Assembly: GCA_945957295.1 (NCBI GenBank)
Contig: CAMFLH010000001.1
Coordinates: 1-55,661 of the forward strand
DNA from: an uncultured Uliginosibacterium sp.
GTDB taxonomy: Bacteria > Pseudomonadota > Gammaproteobacteria > Burkholderiales > Rhodocyclaceae
DNA: 55,661 nt
Direction: 5' to 3'
Shown piece by piece: positions 48,439-55,661 of this stretch. How positions within the stretch are numbered: the stretch's first letter is position 1; the number at the start of each line of letters is the position of its first letter. A program made the position numbers and the translations under genes. The notes beneath the pieces were generated by a model. That model was not told where the DNA came from and did not search any database. It saw nothing but the letters and a program-made list of their open reading frames with translations.

Positions 48439-49742
48439 TCAATCAGACAGGAAAAACTCGGCGACAAATCCACGACGCCGCCAAATCGCGCCGCCGCACC
48501 CGTCCCCAAGACCTCCAAGACTTCTGCATTCACCACGTTCAAAAGGTATCGTTCGAACCCACCAGTTCCAAGCCCGCCAGCAGCCACCCCCATGCACAAA
48601 CCATAGTTACCTACCTGCAACGGAACACGCATGGCAAACCTAATTCTGCAGACATCCCCCTTCTTCAAGTCAACAGATCCCTTACCCAAAGCGTAAGAGT
48701 TCGTATTGAAAACTGATATCGCGAGAGAATCCCTCAGGGAAACCCCAAAATACAAGTCCTCTAGATCAACGTCAGCCTGAACAGCATACTCAATGGAAAT
48801 CCACTTCCCGGTTGTTACTGCGCACACCACCTTGTCGGCCTCGCTAACGACACGAAAATCGACCAATCGAATCTCCCCCGTGTCAATTTGCGCATGCATT
48901 TCCCTGAAGCCCTCGACCTGCCTCGCACGAAAACTCTCAACAAGTTCAGGCCTTACGACTTCACGGACAGAGTCTAGTTCTCGACGCCTTTTCGCCGAGA
49001 GGCCATTCGCACTCTCAAGAATGAGACCGTTATAGCAGTCAACCACGGTCTCAGGATCTGCAACCATGGCGACCTGCCCTTTTTCCAACAAGATCGCACG
49101 GTCACAGAGTGCTTTGACTGCAGTAGAATCATGCGACACGAACAACAGCGTGGTGCCTTGTTCAAGAAAGCGCTTTATCCGATTGAACGACTTCTGGGAG
49201 AAGTACCTGTCCCCCACAGAGAGCGCCTCATCTACAATTAGGATATCTGGCCGTACAGCGGTTGCGACGCTAAACGCAAGCCGCACTTGCATTCCACTCG
49301 AGTAGACTCTGACAGGCTGATCGATATATTCGCCAATTTCAGCAAAGGCCTCGATTTCCGGCATTAATTTTGCCATTTGGTCGGGACTGTGCCCAAGGAT
49401 CTGACCGGCCATAAGGGCGTTCTGCCGGCCGGTGAAATCCGAATGAAAGCCCATGCCGAGCTCAAGCAAAGCGGCGACGCGGCCTGACACTTCTACGCTC
49501 CCCGTTGTGGGCTGCGTGGTGCCAGTGATCATTTTTAGCAAGGTGCTCTTGCCCGCACCGTTCAGACCAACAATGCCGACGGACTCGCCCGGCGCGATCT
49601 CAAATGACACGTTTTGCAGCACCCATTTGAGGGTATGCAGGGGCTTTTCCTTATCGGGCAACACCCATTCGATCAGTCGCCCCCATCGGCTGGTGTACTG
49701 CTTGTACGCTTTGCCTAAGTTCCTAACGACGATACTTCCCAT
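48435..49742 (-). CDS. wzt: O-antigen ABC transporter ATPase with C-terminal carbohydrate-binding module
   Basis: GLNGAGKSTLL, YSSGMQVRLAF, VDEALSVGD, VSH; about 180-aa Wzt-C-type extension. Confidence 0.93.
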   Translation of the reverse strand: MGSIVVRNLGKAYKQYTSRWGRLIEWVLPDKEKPLHTLKWVLQNVSFEIAPGESVGIVGLNGAGKSTLLKMITGTTQPTTGSVEVSGRVAALLELGMGFHSDFTGRQNALMAGQILGHSPDQMAKLMPEIEAFAEIGEYIDQPVRVYSSGMQVRLAFSVATAVRPDILIVDEALSVGDRYFSQKSFNRIKRFLEQGTTLLFVSHDSTAVKALCDRAILLEKGQVAMVADPETVVDCYNGLILESANGLSAKRRRELDSVREVVRPELVESFRARQVEGFREMHAQIDTGEIRLVDFRVVSEADKVVCAVTTGKWISIEYAVQADVDLEDLYFGVSLRDSLAISVFNTNSYALGKGSVDLKKGDVCRIRFAMRVPLQVGNYGLCMGVAAGGLGTGGFERYLLNVVNAEVLEVLGTGAAARFGGVVDLSPSFSCLIE

Positions 49743-50536
49743 CAGAGTTCATCCACCATTTCACCCGCATGCCGACGGAACAGATACAGGCCAAGCACAC
49801 AAGACAGAACAGAAAGGAGAGCGATTGACCAGAGGCGGGCCCAGTCAGGCGCAGAGCCGTACACGAATATCTGCTGAAAGCCCTGTATCAAAGGGTACAT
49901 AGGGTTGAGCTCTAGAACGGATCTCATCCCCGGGGGCACGCCGCCAGGTGCGTAGACGACGGGCGTCAGCCAGAACCAAAATGTTAGGAATATGCCGAAG
50001 AACTGCCCCACGTCGCGAAAAAAGACATTTAGCACGCCGAGAGTAATTCCCAAGCCAATAGCAAAAAGTGCGAGCAAGATCAATAAGGGGATTGCCGCCA
50101 GCACCGCAAAGCCCGGAAAACTGCCTGAGATCAGGAGAAATGCCAGAAACAGCGAGAAAGTGACCCCGAAATTTACGCCTGCACTCAGCACGATGACTGC
50201 TGGCAGGCAAATGCGCGGAAACGCAAGCTTTTTGAGCATATTCGCGTTATTGATGAATACATTCAAACCCATGCTCACGATCTCAGCAAAGAACCCCCAA
50301 CTGAGAATCCCTGAACACAGATAGATGCTGTAACCGAAAGTATTTTCGACGCCCGGCAACTTAGCCCGCATGACTTCGGCAAAAATCACTGTATACACAA
50401 CGATCATCGCCAATGGGTTTAGCACCGTCCATGCAGCCCCTAGCATGGAGTTTCGATATTTCAGTTGAAAATCCCGCTTGACGCTACCGACGATAAAACC
50501 CCGATATGCCCACAAAGCACGTAACAACTGGATCAT
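49742..50536 (-). CDS. wzm: O-antigen ABC transporter permease
   Basis: KYRNS.LG..W..LNPL, NVFFRD, FWLTP.VY, LNP. Confidence 0.93.
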   Translation of the reverse strand: MIQLLRALWAYRGFIVGSVKRDFQLKYRNSMLGAAWTVLNPLAMIVVYTVIFAEVMRAKLPGVENTFGYSIYLCSGILSWGFFAEIVSMGLNVFINNANMLKKLAFPRICLPAVIVLSAGVNFGVTFSLFLAFLLISGSFPGFAVLAAIPLLILLALFAIGLGITLGVLNVFFRDVGQFFGIFLTFWFWLTPVVYAPGGVPPGMRSVLELNPMYPLIQGFQQIFVYGSAPDWARLWSIALLSVLSCVLGLYLFRRHAGEMVDEL

Positions 50537-51972
50537 TTGCAGCGTCCGTAGGTGTCCTCAAAACGCACAATGTCATCTTCGCCAAGGTAGGATCCTGACT
50601 GCACCTCAATGATTTCGAGCGGAACCTTTCCGGGGTTGGCGAGGCGATGAATTGTGCCTAGCGGAATATAAGTCGACTGATTCTCCGTCAACAGCATTAC
50701 GTTGTCGCCATTGGTTACTTCGGCCGTGCCACTCACGACAATCCAATGCTCTGCTCGATGGTGGTGCATTTGGAGACTCAGCTTGGCGCCTGGGTTCACG
50801 CCGATACGTTTGACTTGAAAGCGGTCGCCGAGGTCGATGCTGTCGTACCAACCCCACGGGCGGAACACCTTGCGGTGATTCTGCGCAAGTGTTTTCCCGT
50901 CAGATTTCAGGCGTGCGACGATCTTCTTGACGTCTTGGGTATTGTTCTTATGAGCGACCATTACGGCGTCGGGTGTCTCGACGACGACGACGTCTTTAAG
51001 ACCAATCCCGGCGACGAGGCGAGACTCTGCAAACACGAAACTATCCGTGCAGCCCTCAAGCATCGCGTTGCCACGAACCGCATTTCCGGACTCATCTTTG
51101 CCGCTCACCTGCCAGAGCGCATCCCAAGCGCCGACATCCGACCACCCCGCCGATAGCGGGATGACTACACCACGCCCGATATGTGCAGCCCCTGACAACG
51201 GCTCCATAACTGCATAGTCAATCGAGTCGGACGGACTGCGTAGAAAGGCCTCCTTATCGACTCGAACGAAGTCTCCATCGTCTTTCGCGACTGCGATAGC
51301 CGCCCGACAAGCCGCCGCCATTTCGGGATTGAAGTGCTCGATTGCCGCCAGCCATCTACTGGCTTTGAGAACAAAGATGCCGCTATTCCAGAGATACTCA
51401 CCACTGCTGACATACCGCTGCGCGGTCTCGGCATTCGGTTTCTCAACAAAAGCCGCGAGCTCGAGCGCAGCCGAATTGTCCGCGACAATCGCACCGGTGC
51501 GGATGTACCCGTATCCAGTTTCCGGTCGATCGGGAATGATTCCGAACGTCACAAATGCGCCTGCTTCGGCCTGGCGTGCGCCATCCTGAATGGCAGCCTG
51601 AAACGCCGAGAGATCTTGAATCACGTGGTCGGCGGGCATAACCAGCAACACTGGGTCGTCACCGCTTCGGCATGCGGCTAGTGCAGCGAGCGTTAGAGCT
51701 GGTGCAGTATTACGGCCAGCAGGCTCGAGCACGATGGGCCCTTGTTTGCCTATTTGACGCAACTGCTCCGCGATCACGAAACGATAATCGTCGTTCGTAA
51801 CAACAATCGTGTCCTCCAGAGCGTCGGTCAAGCCATCGAGTCGCATAGCCGTCTCTTGAAGCATTGTGTTCGACGATGCCAGCGCAAGGAGTTGCTTCGG
51901 ATAGGACTCGCGGGACGCCGGCCACATGCGGGTACCGGAGCCGCCAGAGAGAATGACTGCCTGAATTGCCAT
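50533..51972 (-). CDS. manC: Mannose-1-phosphate guanylyltransferase / mannose-6-phosphate isomerase
   Basis: ILSGGSGTR.WP.SR..PKQ, EP.GRNTAPA, PETGYGYI, WSDVG.W, RPWG, HHHRAEHW cupin. Confidence 0.95.
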   Translation of the reverse strand: MAIQAVILSGGSGTRMWPASRESYPKQLLALASSNTMLQETAMRLDGLTDALEDTIVVTNDDYRFVIAEQLRQIGKQGPIVLEPAGRNTAPALTLAALAACRSGDDPVLLVMPADHVIQDLSAFQAAIQDGARQAEAGAFVTFGIIPDRPETGYGYIRTGAIVADNSAALELAAFVEKPNAETAQRYVSSGEYLWNSGIFVLKASRWLAAIEHFNPEMAAACRAAIAVAKDDGDFVRVDKEAFLRSPSDSIDYAVMEPLSGAAHIGRGVVIPLSAGWSDVGAWDALWQVSGKDESGNAVRGNAMLEGCTDSFVFAESRLVAGIGLKDVVVVETPDAVMVAHKNNTQDVKKIVARLKSDGKTLAQNHRKVFRPWGWYDSIDLGDRFQVKRIGVNPGAKLSLQMHHHRAEHWIVVSGTAEVTNGDNVMLLTENQSTYIPLGTIHRLANPGKVPLEIIEVQSGSYLGEDDIVRFEDTYGRCK

Positions 51973-52007
51973 GATTTAAGTTGGAAAAATGAGAAAAATA
52001 GGGGAGG

Positions 52008-52033
52008 CAGCTAATATCGAAAGGCATTAGCTG
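52008..52033. terminator. Inverted repeat between the epimerase and manC, possible terminator or stabilising hairpin
   Basis: CAGCTAAT-N10-ATTAGCTG. Confidence 0.4.
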
Positions 52034-52045
52034 AGGATTTGACGC

Positions 52046-53053
52046 TTACGAAGCGTAGTAACCGCGGTACCACTTAACGAAGCTCGCAACACCTGCCTCG
52101 ATCGCGGTGGCCGGACGATGGTTCGTCCAGGCGGTGAGGGCCGAAACGTCGGCGTATGTCGCCGGCACGTCGCCCGGCTGAATAGGAAGGAGGTTCTTTT
52201 CGGCCCTCTGCCCCAAGGCTGCCTCAATCGCCTCAACGAAAGCCATTAATTCGACAGGCCCCTGATTGCCAATATTGAATACTCGATACGGCGCGCGGGC
52301 GGTCGCGGGGTCAGGGCTCTTTGGATCGAAATTGGTGTTGGGCTCTGCGGGACGATCCAAAATACGGATCACACCTTCAACGATATCGTCGACATAGGTG
52401 AAATCACGCTGCATCTTGCCGTAGTTGAAGACGTCGATCGGGCGGCCTTCGAGGATGGCTTTGGTGAATAGGAACAAGGCCATGTCGGGGCGGCCCCAGG
52501 GTCCGTACACGGTAAAGAAGCGCAGGCCTGTGGTGGGCAAGCCGTAGAGATGGCTGTAGGTGTGAGCCATCAGTTCGTTGGCCTTCTTCGTTGCAGCGTA
52601 AAGGCTGACCGGGTGGTCGACGCTGTCGGACTCGGAGAACGGCATCTTCTCGTTGCCACCGTAAACGCTGGAGCTGCTGGCGTAGACCAGGTGCTGCACT
52701 TGCGTGTGACGGCAGCCTTCGAGAATATTGGTGAAGCCAACGATGTTGGATTCAATGTAGGCGTGCGGGTTGATCAGCGAATAGCGCACTCCGGCCTGTG
52801 CCGCCAGATGCACCACGCGATCAAACTTTTCTTCGGCGAACAGCTTCTCGATCGCTGCGCGATCGGCGACGTCCATCAGGACGAAGCGAAAATTCGGGTG
52901 TGGCGTGAGTCGCGCGAGGCGATCGCGCTTGAGCTGGGGATCGTAGTAGTCGTTGAGGTTATCAAGGCCAACGACAGTGTCGCCGCGCTCGAGCAGGCGC
53001 AGGCTGGTGTGCATACCGATGAAGCCGGCTGCACCGGTAACAAGTACTTTCAT
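52046..53053 (-). CDS. UDP-glucuronate 4-epimerase-like NAD-dependent epimerase
   Basis: [50 protein letters not shown]. Confidence 0.9.
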   Translation of the reverse strand: MKVLVTGAAGFIGMHTSLRLLERGDTVVGLDNLNDYYDPQLKRDRLARLTPHPNFRFVLMDVADRAAIEKLFAEEKFDRVVHLAAQAGVRYSLINPHAYIESNIVGFTNILEGCRHTQVQHLVYASSSSVYGGNEKMPFSESDSVDHPVSLYAATKKANELMAHTYSHLYGLPTTGLRFFTVYGPWGRPDMALFLFTKAILEGRPIDVFNYGKMQRDFTYVDDIVEGVIRILDRPAEPNTNFDPKSPDPATARAPYRVFNIGNQGPVELMAFVEAIEAALGQRAEKNLLPIQPGDVPATYADVSALTAWTNHRPATAIEAGVASFVKWYRGYYAS

Positions 53054-53328
53054 TGCGGGTCACCTGATCCCTCAATGGCGTACCGGTTCCGTGACGAAGT
53101 CACGAAACAGTCGGCCTCGGGGAGAGAAGTTGAACGGTTGATATCTCTAGCGGATACCTGCCGAATTGTTGCATCACCCCGACCAGGCTCCGACCAGTGT
53201 GCTGCAGTGCGGCGCGGATTATCTCACAGGGCATGTAGCGGGCAAAACTGCGTCGGCAGCGGGGCTGTTGCAGATCAAGAAGCCGTGTTGACGGGGCTGC
53301 GGCGGCATGCCATGGCATTATTGGTCGG

Positions 53329-54093
53329 ATGTGGAAACGCATCCGGATCACGATTCTTCTACTCATTCTGGCGACCATCGCCTTGGAAACTTGGCGCGCA
53401 CAGCGCGCTGCAACCAGCTGGCGCGACACATTGCAAGTCGCGATCTATCCGGTAAACGGGGACGCCAGCGCGGCCGCGGCGCAGCGTATCGCGACGCTCG
53501 AACGGGACAGCTTTGCCGAGATCGAACAATTCCTGGCCGACGAGGTAAAGCGCTATGGTGTGGCGACCCTGCAACCGGTTCGCCTCAACCTCCAACCGCC
53601 CTTGAACACTGCACCGCCCTCACCGCCCCAACGTGCCGGGGTACTGGATTCGGTGCTATGGAGCCTGAACCTGAGGTGGTGGGCGTGGCGCCTGCCAACA
53701 CCAGCAATACGCCCGAACGTGCGCCTATTCGTGATCTACCACGACGGAAAAACCGGCAAAGTGCCGGCCTCTCACGGACTACAACGCGGGCACATTGCCA
53801 TCGCCCATGTGTTTGCGGACCGCGCGATGCAACAGGCAAACGCTGTGGTGATCGCGCACGAGCTGCTACACACACTGGGCGCAACGGACAAATACGACCC
53901 GGCATCACTGGAGCCCGTTTATCCGCAAGGCTATGCGGAGCCTCACGCCACACCGCGGCTGCCTCAGCGCTTCTGCGAACTGATGGCGGGGAGGCTACCG
54001 GGTGTCAGCGGGCCGCCAGAGCAGCCGCGAAGCCTCTCGCAATGCCTGATCGGCGAGCAGACAGCGAGAGAGATCGGGCTGCTGCGCCGCTAA
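53329..54093 (+). CDS. Membrane-anchored hypothetical protein with zincin-like HExxH motif
   Basis: N-terminal hydrophobic helix; IAHELLHTLGATDKYD and ELMAG (Met-turn-like). Confidence 0.75.
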   Translation: MWKRIRITILLLILATIALETWRAQRAATSWRDTLQVAIYPVNGDASAAAAQRIATLERDSFAEIEQFLADEVKRYGVATLQPVRLNLQPPLNTAPPSPPQRAGVLDSVLWSLNLRWWAWRLPTPAIRPNVRLFVIYHDGKTGKVPASHGLQRGHIAIAHVFADRAMQQANAVVIAHELLHTLGATDKYDPASLEPVYPQGYAEPHATPRLPQRFCELMAGRLPGVSGPPEQPRSLSQCLIGEQTAREIGLLRR

Positions 54094-54107
54094 CCCCTTG
54101 GCCACGG

Positions 54108-55010
54108 TCAGCGCATTGAGGTTGGCGCAGGCGGCTCGTGAAGGCGTTCGAGCAAACGTTCCACGGCAAGCACCGCGGCTGATGGCAGGCCAATGCGCAC
54201 GCTCGCCGCACGCCCATGGCCAATCAACAGGCAAAGCTCGGATCCGTATTCGACGCTACTGAGGGTCCATGCGACAGGGAATCCGCGGTTCACGTAAGTG
54301 ACCACCTTGCCCCAGCGATCAAAGCTGCCATGAGGCTGCCCCTCCCGGGGCGGTAGCGCGTCAAGTATCGCAAACAGGCATCGCGCAGTAGCCGCCAGCA
54401 AACCGGCCGGCGCCGGGTCGCGCGCACGCCGGCCCGATTCTGCGGCCTGCCAACTCGCGAGGCCGAGCAGCGGGCCATTCGAGGGCGCAGACTCCTGAAG
54501 GGCGCTGCGCAGCTTGAAGGACAGTGCGTCGACCGACTCCGCCATGACGTCGGCACGCGCCGCCGGCACGAAGGGTTCCGGGAAACCGTCGAGCACCATG
54601 CGCACGACGGCGCGAAATAGATCTGACACCACCATGTTGAAGGCAATCACACAGCTGGAGGCCGGATCGCCCGAGTCGAGGCGCAGTTCGCCGTGAAGCA
54701 GCAGTTGGGAAAATGTCGCCAGACGGGTTTCTGAAAAGCGCGCTTCACATAGCCGAACGACGTCATCCGTCGCGAACGCGGCCCACCAGAAGTCGTCCCC
54801 GATCGCCAGCAGGTTCTCGTCAACGCACAGGCCAAACGTATCAAACCGCGGTGTGTGGATGATCGCGCGGGGGGGAATTGCGCCGAAACGCGCGGCCAAC
54901 TGGGCGCGAAACACGGGCGGGACATCCTCGATCCGGTCCAGCCCCTCGGAAAACGGAAGTTGCCGACCTGCACTACGCCCGAACGCAGCCTGGGTAACCT
55001 GCGATCCCAT
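54108..55010 (-). CDS. Hypothetical protein of unknown family
   Basis: About 300-aa ORF with RBS GGGAGG before ATG 55010; no recognised motifs. Confidence 0.6.
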   Translation of the reverse strand: MGSQVTQAAFGRSAGRQLPFSEGLDRIEDVPPVFRAQLAARFGAIPPRAIIHTPRFDTFGLCVDENLLAIGDDFWWAAFATDDVVRLCEARFSETRLATFSQLLLHGELRLDSGDPASSCVIAFNMVVSDLFRAVVRMVLDGFPEPFVPAARADVMAESVDALSFKLRSALQESAPSNGPLLGLASWQAAESGRRARDPAPAGLLAATARCLFAILDALPPREGQPHGSFDRWGKVVTYVNRGFPVAWTLSSVEYGSELCLLIGHGRAASVRIGLPSAAVLAVERLLERLHEPPAPTSMR

Positions 55011-55111
55011 GATGTTGCCTCCCCGATTGACCTGAACGCCCGACCGAACGACTGTCCGGCCCGAGAGCACCGTTGGTGCCACTGTCTCAGTCTAGATCGT
55101 GCGATCGCAGT

Positions 55112-55237
55112 CGCCACCTGTCGGTGCAGACATGCCTCTGAACAGTGCATCGCGCCCTGTCGCTGCGCGGCACGCCCCGTTCCAGTGCCGCCATAAGAGG
55201 TATCTGGACACCGCTGCGCGCTGGTTCGCTCCTTGCT
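55112..55237 (+). promoter_or_regulatory. Putative sigma-54 promoter with upstream NtrC-like boxes
   Basis: TGGTTC-N5-TTGCT at 55222-55237. 17-bp boxes CGCCAC-N5-GGTGCA (55112), TGCCTC-N5-AGTGCA (55133), CGCCCC-N5-AGTGCC (55173). Confidence 0.55.
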
Positions 55238-55279
55238 AGTCAGCTTGTGCGAATCCCCGCACGAGATGGAAATCGAGCG

Positions 55280-55612
55280 ATGTCGATCCACGTAGCCCTG
55301 CACCACGTCACCACATACGACTACGACCGCCCGATCAACCTTGGCCCTCAGGTCATTCGCCTGCGCCCCGCACCACACAGCCGCACACGGATTCTGTCGT
55401 ACTCGTTGAAGGTGCTGCCCGAGAAGCACTTCATCAACTGGCAGCAGGACCCGCAGTCGAACTACCTCGCACGCCTGGTTTTCCCGGAAAAGACCACTCA
55501 ACTGCGAGTGGAGGTCGATCTGGTGGCCGAAATGTCGGTCATCAATCCGTTCGATTTCTTCCTCGAGCCGCGGGCCGAGAAGATTCCGTTCGAATACGAC
55601 ACGACACAACAG
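55280..55612 (+). CDS. 5' part of a transglutaminase-like (DUF2126-type) protein, truncated
   Basis: Not in the ORF track. [69 protein letters not shown]...[10 protein letters not shown]. Confidence 0.85.
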
Positions 55613-55661
55613 CTGTCTCTTATACACATCTCCGAGCCCACGAGACCGGAGCCTATCGCGT
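55613..55661 (+). other. Nextera/Tn5 adapter read-through (library artefact)
   Basis: CTGTCTCTTATACACATCT (mosaic end) + CCGAGCCCACGAGAC + 8-nt index CGGAGCCT + ATCGCGT (P7 ATCTCGT with one mismatch). Confidence 0.98.

Larger units (their letters stand above)
27066..53053 (-). other. ABC-transporter-dependent O-polysaccharide locus, probably D-rhamnan-based; visibly lower GC than the flanks
   Basis: Twenty co-oriented, mostly overlapping genes including wzm, wzt, manC, gmd, rmd, GT4s and methyltransferases. Many A/T third codon positions compared with the backbone (GC not computed). Confidence 0.9.

Noticed and set aside
53054-53328. ops/JUMPstart element ahead of the O-antigen operon
   Set aside because: No GGCGGTAG match on the minus strand; the closest (GGCAGGTATC) is too divergent.
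54647-55627. 326-aa minus-strand ORF starting MYKRQ
   Set aside because: Its start comes from the Nextera mosaic end, and it is antisense to the real transglutaminase-like gene.
55613-55631. Tn5-like transposon end
   Set aside because: Followed by Illumina adapter and index sequence with no transposase; a library artefact.
1-55661. CRISPR arrays, tRNA/rRNA, IS elements, prophage or recognised defence operons
   Set aside because: No spaced direct repeats, RNA-gene signatures, transposase, integrase or phage genes were recognised by eye; small ncRNAs cannot be excluded without a covariance-model search.

Overview
GC-rich betaproteobacterial (probably Rhodocyclales-like; inference) chromosomal contig with two parts. 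(1) 1-27 kb and 53-55.6 kb are backbone: a truncated DUF3391/HD-GYP-type gene, a RES-Xre toxin-antitoxin pair, a LysR/DoxX/GST/DODA detox unit, otsB-macrodomain-FUSC, a lipid-storage cluster (PhaD-like TetR, patatin, phasin, two-domain fatty acyl-CoA reductase, lipase, bktB), yajQ, murB, two tandem periplasmic-TPR diguanylate cyclases, yaeQ, rdgC, and the start of a transglutaminase-like gene. (2) 27-53 kb is a visibly lower-GC, minus-strand, ABC-transporter (Wzm/Wzt)-dependent O-polysaccharide locus: manC, gmd/rmd (GDP-D-rhamnose), two adaptor GT4s, a three-module GT4 polymerase, a methyltransferase with a coiled-coil ruler, and a GT8-methyltransferase fusion. The best candidate for an undescribed system is a seven-gene block inside this locus (33998-40212). 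It joins a Gtr-like lipid-carrier side-chain modification set (polytopic transferase, GtrA, DPM-synthase-like GT2, second flippase-like protein) to a BcbE/F/G-like kinase, HAD phosphatase and nucleotidyltransferase trio, which may make an activated ketofuranose. The polytopic transferase gene carries an in-frame G11 tract that could phase-vary the modification. The last 49 bp are Nextera adapter, not genome. No rRNA, tRNA, CRISPR array or IS element was recognised. All calls come from motif recognition by eye; no searches were run.
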